This document shows positions 15,920 to 25,606 of a stretch of 43,226 nucleotides of DNA, piece by piece. A program made the translations under genes and the position numbers. The notes under the pieces are model-generated. The model did not search any database. It saw nothing but the letters and a program-made list of their open reading frames with translations, and was not told the DNA's origin. Location: IMG/VR virus record IMGVR_UViG_3300045988_173145; one strand, written 5' to 3'. This stretch comes from a virus. Position 1 is the stretch's first letter; each line of letters opens with the position of its first letter.

Positions 15920-16699
15920 ATGCCGATTACGGGATGGATTGCTACACATACGGGGCTGCCGTCAATAATGGCCACAGGCAAGGAACCCGTCTATGCGGGG
16001 GATCGTCTTTTCGCTGTTCCTGGGATGGCTCGCGACAAAAGACCTCTCACTGGGCGGGCGAAAATGATTCGCGAGCTCGAGGGCCCCAAGCTGACCGAGC
16101 CGGTAACAATGATCCTCTCAGACGCATACGCCGTGCCGGGCACCACAATAAAATACACTCAGGGCGACTCCTCGGTCACGTTAACTCGCCCCGAGGTGGA
16201 GTGGTGGCGCGGCATGGTGAGCGGCCTCAACGGGCGCACCGTCCCCGGGCTCATCTGGGAGGAGGCCCAGGATAAAAGAGAATGGTCCTCCCCAATTTCG
16301 AGATACAATTCACTTATCGCCAGGTGGCCGATGCTCGAAGTGGCTCGCACCGGAGGCGGGCAATTCGTCCTAGATGACCCGTCTCACGTTAATAATGTTT
16401 GGGAGATCTTGCAGAAGCGTGAGCCTCTTATTCTTACGCCCGGCGCCCCCGCCGACGTTCTACCGTCACGATTCATCACCGTTGATAAAGTCGACAGTGC
16501 CAGGATCACGGGGGATGGTATCATTCGGTGGAACGTGAAATGGCATGAGCTCCCCGAGGATTCACCGATGCTTGTCGGCCCTCACGCCGGCTGGGGTGCC
16601 GCACCTTGCGTCACCTGGGGTGAATGGCGTGAAGTCGACAAGGTCTGGAAATCGCGCACATATATTGAGATTTGCAAAATGATTGCGGGGATGCCATGA
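15920..16699 (+). CDS. Minor tail protein (distal tail protein position)
   Basis: 259 aa, the first gene after the tape measure. Call is from synteny only. Confidence 0.6.
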   Translation: MPITGWIATHTGLPSIMATGKEPVYAGDRLFAVPGMARDKRPLTGRAKMIRELEGPKLTEPVTMILSDAYAVPGTTIKYTQGDSSVTLTRPEVEWWRGMVSGLNGRTVPGLIWEEAQDKREWSSPISRYNSLIARWPMLEVARTGGGQFVLDDPSHVNNVWEILQKREPLILTPGAPADVLPSRFITVDKVDSARITGDGIIRWNVKWHELPEDSPMLVGPHAGWGAAPCVTWGEWREVDKVWKSRTYIEICKMIAGMP

Positions 16700-17769
16700 G
16701 AAACGGCCCCACGCTAGCCGCCCTTTCAGACGGCCTCAGCATCGGCGCAAGAATCGATATCATTCGTGGTGGCGAGGTTCTCAAAACGGGGATTCCCGCC
16801 TCCGAGGTGAAGGTCGAGTGGTCCTCGACGAACCGTCAAGTTCCGGGCGCCTTGTCTTATTCTTGCCCAATGTCTTGGGTTCCGGAATGGCCATTGGATG
16901 CGCTCAATAATTTCGGACAGCGTTCCATGGTGACTGCGCTTTATGAGAATCGGCGCGGTGACTACTGGGAGATTCCGCTCGGTGAGTTCGTTAACGTGGA
17001 ATGGTCTGTGTCGAAGGAAAAGGTGAATGTTTCCTGTAAGGATTTGACGCAGATTCTTGCCGATAATCCGAGGCCATGGCCGTCTTCTCCGGGCGCTGGC
17101 GCCACCCTGCTCTCCGAAGCAAACGAGCTGGCAGAATATGTGCGAGTAAAACTGGAGGACGACGTCTGGGACGCACCCATCCCACGCACCACGCAATGGG
17201 GAAATTCGCGAATCGAATCAATCTATAAGCTTGTCGAATCCCGCGGTTGTGGTATTCGTAGTGGTGCCGATGGAATGTTGCATATTTTCAAGCTCCGTGA
17301 TAAAACTGCGCCTGACGAGATTTACACGTATGAGTCCGGGTTTCTTTTGGAAGCACCGCGTGCTCCGAGGTCGGGCGGCCGTCGCCCTAACCGCTGGTAC
17401 GTTACCGGCAGTAAACAACAGAAAGCTCAAGGTGAGCAAGAGGAACGATGGACCGCGGAACGCGAAATCACTGACCCGCCGTACGAGCCGTCCGGTTATG
17501 GTTGGGTTACGTCGCACAAGGAGTTCAGTGCCGCCAGCTCGGCGAGAGAGGTATCCGAGGCCGCGGACACGTACATGATTCAGGACATTTCCTCCCGCTC
17601 TTCCCGCTCTTTGACGATTATCCCGGACGCTCGTATTGAGGTCGGAGATATTGTCGGTGCGATCACCGAGCAGGGCGAACATATTGCAGGCCGTGTCTCA
17701 GCTTACAGTCTCCCGTTGTCTGATCCGTCCGCTACAATGAGGGTAGACATAGAGGTACTGGGAGAATAA
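16696..17769 (+). CDS. Minor tail protein (Tal / baseplate hub position)
   Basis: ATGA overlap with the upstream stop at 16696-16699. 357 aa. Call is from synteny only. Confidence 0.6.
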   Translation: MRNGPTLAALSDGLSIGARIDIIRGGEVLKTGIPASEVKVEWSSTNRQVPGALSYSCPMSWVPEWPLDALNNFGQRSMVTALYENRRGDYWEIPLGEFVNVEWSVSKEKVNVSCKDLTQILADNPRPWPSSPGAGATLLSEANELAEYVRVKLEDDVWDAPIPRTTQWGNSRIESIYKLVESRGCGIRSGADGMLHIFKLRDKTAPDEIYTYESGFLLEAPRAPRSGGRRPNRWYVTGSKQQKAQGEQEERWTAEREITDPPYEPSGYGWVTSHKEFSAASSAREVSEAADTYMIQDISSRSSRSLTIIPDARIEVGDIVGAITEQGEHIAGRVSAYSLPLSDPSATMRVDIEVLGE

Positions 17770-17779
17770 ACGGGGCATC

Positions 17780-19696
17780 ATGGTCAGACCGTCACTATTG
17801 CTTGACACGGCGCCACGAAACGGCGGCGGGCGCAACAATAACAATGTTATTGTTCAGCAATCCTCAGTATCATGGACGTACGGGAAAATCACTGGCACGT
17901 CCGCCACCGACAGTACGCTCCCGTCCGGATGGGTAGAAGTAGGGATACCCTACAGCAACCCAACCTCCCATGCTGTCGGTGAATCTGACGGTATTGCTAC
18001 GTGGATAGGCGCCCGCGTACTCGTTATCATTGATTCATCCGGGCGCGTAGTCAAGATCAGTGACCCTATCGCTGAGCCGCCTTCCGGCGCGAAAGTTGAG
18101 AACCTCGGACACACCGGTAAAATTCTCAGCCAGGCCGCAAAGGATGCTGAACGCGCTTTCAAGGAAGCCGACGCGATTCGAGACCGAGCCAACAAGGCCG
18201 AAGGTGCCGCGAACAAGGCGGCGAAAGATGCGGAAAAAGCTGTTCAGATTGCGGAAGCTAACCGTCCGCCCGTAGTATCCCAGACCGCGCCCGAGAATCC
18301 CGTCACAGGGTTGATCTGGTATGTCACCGACAATGCCGGGCACATTACCGACGTGCGTATCTGGGACGGTACGCAGTGGGTGACCAGGACAATGGTCGCC
18401 GGCAGCATTCTCGTCCCCTCATCCGTGGGAAATGTTTCGCTTGCTGACGGATCTGTGTCCGCCCGCAATATTTATGCGTCCGGAGAGCTCTGGGCTAAGA
18501 TCGCAGCGTTCGCGTCCGTCACTACGGAAATGCTGACCGCCGGAAACGCAACATTCAACGCCGCGAAAGTCACCGGTGACCTCATCGGTAACCGCCTTAT
18601 CGGTGGCGAACTTTCGCTCGTTGATACCGAGCCGACGTCGGGCGAGAAGAATATCCGATTCGGCCTCGGCAGCGAATACGGGTTCTGGGAGTCTATCTGG
18701 TCACCCAAAATCGCGACTGTCGAGGAGATGGAGGGCGGCACAAGGTTCGTTCTGACGGACAGAGACAGGCCTAATCGTAACGATGGCGCGCAGATGGCAA
18801 TCTACGACATTGCTGTTGCGAAACCAAAAACATATGGTATTGCCGGTGAAGGCGTCGGTAAGGTCGAGGGGTATATTCTTTTTACCCCGTCGTGGAACGG
18901 CCGCGCGATTCTCACAATCAACATTGGCAAGAATAGAATCATCGCTGTTGACGAGCAGGCGACGGCCGGGCAGAAAATAAGATTCGATTTCACGCTTCCA
19001 GACGGTGCGTGGATCCAAGACACTGACACGCCTTTCTACATTAGTGCCCGCACGAACGATGTTTTCACGCCGGGAATGCAGCTCGGAATCATTTACTCCA
19101 TGTACGTGTCATGGAAAATGAGTCGCTCCTCCGGTCTGCATATTTTCCGTGACGATGAGGGTGTTGCGAAAATACAGATTACTGATCGTCAGGGCGGCGA
19201 GCTCGTCATGGATACGAATGGCGTGTCCTATGATCCGCCCGGGTCGCCGGCGCCTCATTCCTCGTCGTGGCGTACTTTCACGGAGCCGCCTTTCGCTCAC
19301 ATGGCAACAAACAATGCTCATTTGTGGACTAAAAAAGATGACTGGACGGAGGTTCCGGTTGGTTCGCAGGAGAAGATTGTTCGCGGCGGAATGCAGGTAG
19401 ACGGTGTCGAGATCATTATTCCGCAGAGCGGGCTTTACCGTCTGGACGGTACAACATGGTACAGGTCATCGTGGGCCGGGTACGTTGGCGGCACGAGAGT
19501 TGCCCGCCCCAATGATGTTGAGCGCGGCGTTTACATGTATGCCGCTTTGAATCATGGTTTGTGGACCGCGTTGCAGGTGACTGGTGTTAGGCGTTTGAAT
19601 GTCGGGGATCGGATCGCGCTTTATACGTATCAGAATATTGACGAGGGTACAATTATGGATTGGGGCGAGATGACGGTTAGCTGGCTCACCTACTGA
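17780..19696 (+). CDS. Tail fibre / receptor-binding protein candidate
   Basis: 638 aa with a coiled-coil stretch (AAKDAERAFKEADAIRDRANKAEGAANKAAKDAEKAVQIAEAN) followed by a beta-rich C-terminal part. Confidence 0.6.
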   Translation: MVRPSLLLDTAPRNGGGRNNNNVIVQQSSVSWTYGKITGTSATDSTLPSGWVEVGIPYSNPTSHAVGESDGIATWIGARVLVIIDSSGRVVKISDPIAEPPSGAKVENLGHTGKILSQAAKDAERAFKEADAIRDRANKAEGAANKAAKDAEKAVQIAEANRPPVVSQTAPENPVTGLIWYVTDNAGHITDVRIWDGTQWVTRTMVAGSILVPSSVGNVSLADGSVSARNIYASGELWAKIAAFASVTTEMLTAGNATFNAAKVTGDLIGNRLIGGELSLVDTEPTSGEKNIRFGLGSEYGFWESIWSPKIATVEEMEGGTRFVLTDRDRPNRNDGAQMAIYDIAVAKPKTYGIAGEGVGKVEGYILFTPSWNGRAILTINIGKNRIIAVDEQATAGQKIRFDFTLPDGAWIQDTDTPFYISARTNDVFTPGMQLGIIYSMYVSWKMSRSSGLHIFRDDEGVAKIQITDRQGGELVMDTNGVSYDPPGSPAPHSSSWRTFTEPPFAHMATNNAHLWTKKDDWTEVPVGSQEKIVRGGMQVDGVEIIIPQSGLYRLDGTTWYRSSWAGYVGGTRVARPNDVERGVYMYAALNHGLWTALQVTGVRRLNVGDRIALYTYQNIDEGTIMDWGEMTVSWLTY

Positions 19697-19730
19697 AGAT
19701 TGTGCAACAATATTTTTAGGAGAAAACAAT

Positions 19731-20432
19731 ATGCCTAACACTAGGTGGACCGGCGGTATCGTCCCCACGGTAGACGATAATCTCATTGAGGCCTGGGACG
19801 CGTATGATGATTCCGCTGGCAGGGTTATGCCGGCGGCGTCCGTGGCCGCGGCACGGGTTATGTTGGCGGCAGCACCGTCCGGGGCAGTCTCGAAAGCGCG
19901 CCCCGCCGTTTTCATTATCGACGACATTCTGTACACTGCCGACGGCTCCAAGGCTGGCGACGGGTCATTCAACATTAACCCTGCGAATTCGTTCAGCGGC
20001 GTGCTTTACAGGCATCGCGATAATACGAACGGCCGTGGGCGTTCCACCTCGGATCATGCTACTTACACGTGGGGTGACGGTATTGTTACTCTGCCGATTA
20101 AGAGTCTCATGGAGTTCTCGCTTGACGTGTGCGTGAGCATTGCGCACGAGGATTATCATTCTGAGGAGGAGAAGGATAAGGCTGTAGGGTCGTATTTCTT
20201 CGGGTTCAAGCTTGACAATCGGGGTATTTGGCAGACCGAGATTCAGTACAATCGCACGTTTATGACGCACCATATGCAGTGGCGCCTTTCCGTAGAGGCC
20301 GGCTCGCATAGGGTTGCTTATACTACGGCGGGTAGTTATGGTGCGGACCCGTACTGGCATTACGATGGTGGCGTGTTTCCTGGCACCGTGTTTACGGTGG
20401 CTACTCTTGGTGCGACCCGCGTTGACCTGTAA
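19731..20432 (+). CDS. Minor tail / fibre-associated protein
   Basis: 233 aa with a good RBS (TAGGAGAAAACAAT ATG). Call is from position. Confidence 0.55.
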   Translation: MPNTRWTGGIVPTVDDNLIEAWDAYDDSAGRVMPAASVAAARVMLAAAPSGAVSKARPAVFIIDDILYTADGSKAGDGSFNINPANSFSGVLYRHRDNTNGRGRSTSDHATYTWGDGIVTLPIKSLMEFSLDVCVSIAHEDYHSEEEKDKAVGSYFFGFKLDNRGIWQTEIQYNRTFMTHHMQWRLSVEAGSHRVAYTTAGSYGADPYWHYDGGVFPGTVFTVATLGATRVDL

Positions 20433-20475
20433 TAGACAAAAATAGTTCACTACTGTTAGGAAAGGTGTCAATAAT

Positions 20476-20868
20476 ATGACTAAGGTCATAGCTACGGTTG
20501 TAAATGCGGCCGGCAAGACAGTCAACGCGACAATGAGTGTTCGCCCGGAAACCGTCTACACGTCCGACAATATTACGACAGTCCCCGCCCCGGTGCGCGG
20601 CGACGCCGACGATAAGGGCCGGATCGAGGTTGAGGTAGACGCCAGTCATGGCGGCAGGTGGGCGATTGTCCTGAACGTTGCCGGTGTTTGGGCGCGTGAA
20701 GTGCGTGGTGCGGAGCTGCCGGCCTCCGGTGACGTGCAGGTGACCTCCCTGTCGGCATGGAATGGCGGCAGCACCCCTGATCCTGGCAATCCTGGCGGCG
20801 GCGGCCAAGGCAATGCTGGCAAGATCACCGTTAGCGATGATGGTCTTACCTGGACTTACGGAGAGTGA
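20476..20868 (+). CDS. Minor tail protein, small beta-rich domain with a G/P-rich linker
   Basis: 130 aa, RBS AGGAAAGG, contains GNPGGGGQGNAG. Call is from position. Confidence 0.5.
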   Translation: MTKVIATVVNAAGKTVNATMSVRPETVYTSDNITTVPAPVRGDADDKGRIEVEVDASHGGRWAIVLNVAGVWAREVRGAELPASGDVQVTSLSAWNGGSTPDPGNPGGGGQGNAGKITVSDDGLTWTYGE

Positions 20869-20877
20869 GAAAACACA

Positions 20878-21867
20878 ATGGCAAACGTTACTGGGTACAC
20901 TAAGGCTGGCGTTGACAAGCTGGTCGACCCGCTATTCTCCTCGATCTCGCCTTTCACGGTCGGCGGCCACTATTATTCTCCGGTCACGTATTTCTGGCCT
21001 GATTTCTACAATGAGGGCCAGGCTGGAAAAGTCTCAAAGTGGGCCAAGACGCTGGCCTACGGGGATGCTCTCGGCTACGTGATCATGAATCGTTCCACGG
21101 GCGATTGGTCCGCCAAGGATAATGACTTTCTTACACAGGCGCAGCGCGCCCAGGCGGCCGGGGCGAAGAGGATTCTTTGGTACATTCCTACCCGCTATGG
21201 CGTCGCGTCACTCGCCAAGGATGACGCCGCTCGGAATGGTGTGCCGGACCCGGACAAATTCACGCGCGAATACATTATGCAGCTGTGCGCCAACCTGCGC
21301 TCCCAGTACGACGGTCTTTTCCAGGGAGTATTCTTGGACGAGGTAATCAACGGCTGGGGCGCACAGTCCGGCCGGGTCGGATGGTACGGAGACCTCATCG
21401 GCGAAATTCGACGCACCTACGGCAAGAATTTCACAATCGCCATTAACCCTGGCAGCAATATTACTGAGGCCGTGTGTGCGCTCGATTTCGACGTGTGCAT
21501 GAGTTTTGAGAATACTGCTGCCAAGTATTTGACGGATGACCCTAATAACCCGATTGCGAATGATGTGATGCGTGAGCAGCCTTCCACCGAGTGGTGGCAC
21601 GTTATTCATGGGGTTACGAAAGAGAATTTCCGGCAGGTAATCGATCGCGCCGCATCGTTCGGTGTCTCGCATTTGTATGTGACCGACGGTGAGCTGGTGC
21701 AGGGTGAGGGCGGCCAGTGGGTGCCCGAGAAGAATCCTTATCAGAATCCTCCGTCGGATTGGATCATGGAGCGCGTGGTCGCTTGGCATGGCGGCTATCT
21801 CGGTTTGGCTGAGCGTGTTGCCGCGCTGGAGGCGAAGGCAACTCCGCCCCCGCAGCCGGGCGCCTGA
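20878..21867 (+). CDS. Putative glycoside hydrolase / exopolysaccharide depolymerase (spherulation-specific family 4, GH135-like)
   Basis: The motif pattern YFWP ... YVIMNRSTG ... ILWYIPTRYG ... GVFLDEV ... HLYVTDG resembles spherulin-4/Sph3-type proteins. This is from memory and was not searched. Confidence 0.4.
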   Translation: MANVTGYTKAGVDKLVDPLFSSISPFTVGGHYYSPVTYFWPDFYNEGQAGKVSKWAKTLAYGDALGYVIMNRSTGDWSAKDNDFLTQAQRAQAAGAKRILWYIPTRYGVASLAKDDAARNGVPDPDKFTREYIMQLCANLRSQYDGLFQGVFLDEVINGWGAQSGRVGWYGDLIGEIRRTYGKNFTIAINPGSNITEAVCALDFDVCMSFENTAAKYLTDDPNNPIANDVMREQPSTEWWHVIHGVTKENFRQVIDRAASFGVSHLYVTDGELVQGEGGQWVPEKNPYQNPPSDWIMERVVAWHGGYLGLAERVAALEAKATPPPQPGA

Positions 21868-21887
21868 ATGTTTCACGTGAAACATTC
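21866..21887. repeat. 22-bp perfect palindrome GAATGTTTCACGTGAAACATTC
   Basis: Self-complementary by inspection. It overlaps the stop codon of 20878..21867 and the 5' arm of the adjacent terminator. Confidence 0.95.
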
Positions 21888-21924
21888 CCCCTCACCACGA
21901 TTTCTGTGGTGAGGGGGAATGTTT
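21880..21924. terminator. Bidirectional hairpin terminator at the first convergent junction
   Basis: aacattccccctcaccac (21881-21898) pairs with gtggtgagggggaatgtt (21906-21923), an 18-19 bp stem with a 7-nt loop. It lies between a plus-strand and a minus-strand gene end. Confidence 0.8.
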
Positions 21925-21943
21925 TCATGCCTGACGCAAGAGA

Positions 21944-22411
21944 CTATAGTCCCAAACGCTGATAGTCTCCTCCGTGCTCGCGAGCAATATCATCCAATAC
22001 TCCCATGAGATCAGAGCGCGCATCATCCTGAACAGTAATAGACGGCGAGTTCAGGATCGAGTGAATCGTATTGTTGATCTCCTTGAATTGACGAGCAGCA
22101 ATAGCATCGCATTTTACACTGTCCCATCGTCGTGCTAGACGGCGTGCAAGATCGGATGTATTCTCGCCGCTTGTTTCATGGGCGACGCCCACAGCGTTCA
22201 ATGACCAGTCCCAGATGATCCATTTACTGACAGCGCGTCCGTCGCCGTTTTCTACGGTGACGTCAATTCCACTACCCTTATAGGGGTTATGCCACTTCAG
22301 ATGAGCGACCATGCGTGCTTCGTCGATATCGCACACGTCGGGTTTAGGAAGCCACAATTGCGTGAAACTGATCTCGTGCTCGATCTCCAGCATTGGGTTA
22401 TTCGCTGTCAT
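21944..22411 (-). CDS. Hypothetical protein
   Basis: 155 aa with an ATGA overlap to the upstream gene. No motif recognised. Confidence 0.6.
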   Translation of the reverse strand: MTANNPMLEIEHEISFTQLWLPKPDVCDIDEARMVAHLKWHNPYKGSGIDVTVENGDGRAVSKWIIWDWSLNAVGVAHETSGENTSDLARRLARRWDSVKCDAIAARQFKEINNTIHSILNSPSITVQDDARSDLMGVLDDIAREHGGDYQRLGL

Positions 22412-22662
22412 GAGACGCTCCGCAAAAGTATGCTACAGCGCACCGCAGAATGCTTGGGGCCATCGGAGTCTTTGTGAGTCCATCCTGTTGACACGCCGCG
22501 CTTCGTCTTCACGAAAACACCATTATCGGTGATCTCGATCTTTCCCGGCAAGCACTCAACGGTAGTTACTTTGGTGTGGTCGGAAATGCGGGGAGAGGGG
22601 ATCATATCCTGCAATTCCGCAGCAATGGCCAACGCGATTTCCTGGCGATCAATCTTGCTCAT
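22408..22662 (-). CDS. Hypothetical protein
   Basis: 84 aa, tightly packed in the operon. Confidence 0.55.
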   Translation of the reverse strand: MSKIDRQEIALAIAAELQDMIPSPRISDHTKVTTVECLPGKIEITDNGVFVKTKRGVSTGWTHKDSDGPKHSAVRCSILLRSVS

Positions 22663-23180
22663 TATTCTACCTCCCGAGCGGACGGTGTGACACCGATCTG
22701 TCCCTGATAATGCGATCCCAGACCATTGGTGCCGTACGGCATACTGGCAGGCCTGTCCAGGTCTTCGAAAGCGATCTGCGCAATCCTATCCCCAGGGAAA
22801 AGGCGGGCGGCTTTAGTGGAGTGCAGGTTGGCGATCTCCAGGGTTACGTTTCCCTGAAATCCTGGATCAATGTATCCCGCGGACACGTGAACGAGAATTC
22901 CGCGGCGCGCCCACGATGACTTACCTTCCACCCTGGCCACTAGGTCGGCAGGCACGCTGACTTTCTCCTGCGTGGACGCGAGAATAAACTCCCCTGGCAG
23001 TAGCTCGTAACCATTCTCGTCAATGGTGACATTCTCGTCACCGTGACGATAGGTGATAATGTTTTCGTCCAGTCGCACTTCCACCGACGCCGGCTGAATA
23101 GACAACGTTTTGCGCCAGTCGGAAATGAGTTCGCCCCAATCGATTCTGCGTCGGAGAGTGAAATCACTCAGTGTAGCCAT
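22662..23180 (-). CDS. dcd: dCTP deaminase (Dcd/dUTPase superfamily)
   Basis: VPADLVARVEGKSSWARRGILVHVSAGYIDPGFQGNVTLEIANL matches the E. coli Dcd core [43 protein letters not shown]. Confidence 0.85.
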   Translation of the reverse strand: MATLSDFTLRRRIDWGELISDWRKTLSIQPASVEVRLDENIITYRHGDENVTIDENGYELLPGEFILASTQEKVSVPADLVARVEGKSSWARRGILVHVSAGYIDPGFQGNVTLEIANLHSTKAARLFPGDRIAQIAFEDLDRPASMPYGTNGLGSHYQGQIGVTPSAREVE

Positions 23181-23635
23181 TGTGGTAGTCCTTCGTCTTT
23201 GTTTTCCTCGATCACATGAACCGTGTAACCTTTATCGCATAGAATTGCTTTAGCTTCAAGAGCGAGAGCAGGCCTCTCTCCCGGGACGATTCCCACCGTG
23301 TCTCTACCGCGCTCCGACAGTACGATCGCGCAGACATACGCATCATCGTCCGACGAGTCGCTATACGTGAGCACATACCCGCCTATCTCATCCGAATATG
23401 TGCATCTAGTGAAAGTGATTCTTCCTTCTTGCCATGAACGCAAGGCAAGTGTTGTTCTCTGAATAAATTGAACGTTGTACATAAGCCCACGGATCGCGCC
23501 AGGCGGATCGAGAGAATAACTCCTGATAGTGAAGTTACAGTCGGTGGCATGCATAAACGCGGCCGCACCCCACAGTTCACCACATTTCGCCAAATCAACA
23601 AAAACAATATCAACAATATTCTCCACAACACTCAC
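23168..23635 (-). CDS. Hypothetical protein
   Basis: 155 aa with a GTGA-coupled start. Confidence 0.55.
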   Translation of the reverse strand: MSVVENIVDIVFVDLAKCGELWGAAAFMHATDCNFTIRSYSLDPPGAIRGLMYNVQFIQRTTLALRSWQEGRITFTRCTYSDEIGGYVLTYSDSSDDDAYVCAIVLSERGRDTVGIVPGERPALALEAKAILCDKGYTVHVIEENKDEGLPQWLH

Positions 23636-24627
23636 GCTTCCGGAATATAGTTATTGAGATGATCGTATGAAATGGCGGATATGAATTCTGTGAGCCGATC
23701 TCGAACTTCCCTAGCACGATCCTCTGGGGTGAGCTGCCTGTCAATGGTGTCCCAGTAGGCGTTTCGCAGAATTGCGATCACTGACTGGCTTCCATGCTTG
23801 GCGACGAGTTCGCGCAGATACCACGCCGCTTTCCCCATGTCAACATTCTCGTTGGCACCATTCTTGTGACCAGCCCTGAAAATATACTTCAGGGCACTCC
23901 CAGTCAGATAGTCTTTGTCGCGAATGAAAGTGATGGGCTCAGGATTGAGGGTCACATAGTGTGACGGGTGAGTCACCTCATTCTCATGCACATCATCCTC
24001 GATACATCCACCGTCCTTCTCTGTGATATAGAGAATGTCATCACACAAGGTCAACTCATGATGCCGCTCGTCGAAAGACGAGAATCTTTCTTCGCCATTT
24101 TCGGTCACATACCAAATGCACCATTCGCCAGTGAAATACCTACTCGCCCTCTTGATGGGCGCATAATAGCTGTCAGAAGTGCAAAGCGATACCGGATCGT
24201 TGACGAATTTCGTCTCATAGTCGGAATAAGCCTCATAAGGGCCGGTTTGCTGCCAATGCCAGCCGTCGTGCTTATGCTCCAAAGAGAAGCGACGACGACT
24301 CCAGCATGCTACTCGCCGTTTATTAGCAGAATTGCGGACGTGCACTTCCCAGAACCCGCAATGCGACACTACCTTAGAAACATACTCGTACATGCCGTCC
24401 GGGTAGAAAATCTTCTCGCACTCATCATCTACAGGCGACACAACATAATCTCCTTCCCCTGTCTGCGTGATCGAATACTCGTTGTACTTGAAATAGTGTC
24501 TCCGCTCTACACCGTCATGAATAGAATCGAAACTAATCCCCTTGTCGTCGCCGGTTTGCGCTATGATTCTCTCTTTACTACCGCCTGGCAAGTACAGCCA
24601 AACCTGTCTCAAAAACACCACGTCCAC
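23632..24627 (-). CDS. Hypothetical protein with a C-terminal DUF3310-like domain
   Basis: The C-terminus HPSHYVTLNPEPITFIRDKDYLTGSALKYIFRAGHKNGANENVDMGKAAWYLRELV resembles the DUF3310 pattern (HY...KY..R...K...KA.WYL). The GTG start lacks a clear RBS, so the start is uncertain. Confidence 0.55.
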   Translation of the reverse strand: MDVVFLRQVWLYLPGGSKERIIAQTGDDKGISFDSIHDGVERRHYFKYNEYSITQTGEGDYVVSPVDDECEKIFYPDGMYEYVSKVVSHCGFWEVHVRNSANKRRVACWSRRRFSLEHKHDGWHWQQTGPYEAYSDYETKFVNDPVSLCTSDSYYAPIKRASRYFTGEWCIWYVTENGEERFSSFDERHHELTLCDDILYITEKDGGCIEDDVHENEVTHPSHYVTLNPEPITFIRDKDYLTGSALKYIFRAGHKNGANENVDMGKAAWYLRELVAKHGSQSVIAILRNAYWDTIDRQLTPEDRAREVRDRLTEFISAISYDHLNNYIPEA

Positions 24628-24643
24628 GGTCGTTTACGCTATT

Positions 24644-24967
24644 TCAGTTGCCGAGAGTGCCAACCGTAGCGAAATAAGCGAAAAACACCTGAAGCCACCA
24701 AAAAGCACGCCACACCAATGACAGTCCAATAACACCAACAATGAGGGCGACTGCACCCATTGCCATACCCTCACCCGTGGACCGCGGCCTACGAAGCCAC
24801 GCCACGAAACGATTCGTGGGGCGCGGCGGCGCCATCACACTGAGCGGCACAGACAATGCGGGCGGCGCCGGGGCAGGCCGAGGCGGAGGCGGTGGTGCAG
24901 GTGCGCTAGCCGCGGGCGGAGGCGGCGCAGGAGTAGGAGCCGACGGGGCACTCGAAAAAGTAGACAT
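24644..24967 (-). CDS. Proline-rich membrane protein
   Basis: N-terminal P/A-rich segment (PTPAPPPPAASAPAPPPPPRPAPAPP), then two hydrophobic helices. RBS GAGGAA. Confidence 0.6.
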   Translation of the reverse strand: MSTFSSAPSAPTPAPPPPAASAPAPPPPPRPAPAPPALSVPLSVMAPPRPTNRFVAWLRRPRSTGEGMAMGAVALIVGVIGLSLVWRAFWWLQVFFAYFATVGTLGN

Positions 24968-24979
24968 AATAGTTGTTCC

Positions 24980-25168
24980 TCACTTTCCGTTCAGTTCTGC
25001 CATGAGACGGTTAGTCCAACCGTCGCTGTAGTTGAAGTTCGTGCGCTTAGTGCGGCGTGTGCTCTTGATTCTCTTCGCCCGATTCCTCTTGTGCTCCTGA
25101 AACTCGATCGTCTTGCGACGAACCTCGTCCTCGCGTCCATCAATGCGGCGGATTACCGGGTATTTCAT
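24980..25168 (-). CDS. Small basic protein
   Basis: ATG 25168 forms an ATGA overlap with the upstream stop. K/R-rich (HKRNRAKRIKSTRRTKR). Confidence 0.5.
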   Translation of the reverse strand: MKYPVIRRIDGREDEVRRKTIEFQEHKRNRAKRIKSTRRTKRTNFNYSDGWTNRLMAELNGK

Positions 25169-25560
25169 GATTTGACCCACTCGATCTGGTCGCCGAGAAG
25201 TCCGCGCAGATCATTAATCAGATTGTGTGCGTTCCCGAACTCCTCCTCGGCGATATCGAAAATACGGTAGACGTTTCCTTCAGTGCAGACCACGAGGAAG
25301 GAATCGTGGGCGCACTCGGAGAGGAAAACGTTGCGGACGTTTCCGATGAGGGCGGGCCGCTGAACGGGGATGGCCTGTACGAGGTCGGCCCCGGTGAGAA
25401 TTGCGACGGCGGTCACTCGCTCAACTGGGATGCCCCGGAACTCATTCTCGCCTTTCTCGTATCCTTTTGCGGGGAAGTGAATCTTGGTGCCCTTCAGGTT
25501 AGTGAAAACGGCGCCTCCTGTAGTTTTGCATGATCCGTATCCCGTGCGGCGGCGTGCCAT
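25165..25560 (-). CDS. Hypothetical protein
   Basis: 131 aa. RBS GAGGAGAGGATTATT ATG. Confidence 0.6.
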   Translation of the reverse strand: MARRRTGYGSCKTTGGAVFTNLKGTKIHFPAKGYEKGENEFRGIPVERVTAVAILTGADLVQAIPVQRPALIGNVRNVFLSECAHDSFLVVCTEGNVYRIFDIAEEEFGNAHNLINDLRGLLGDQIEWVKS

Positions 25561-25606
25561 AATAATCCTCTCCTCAAAATATGTGCGTGTGATGGTGGTG
25601 GTGTGG

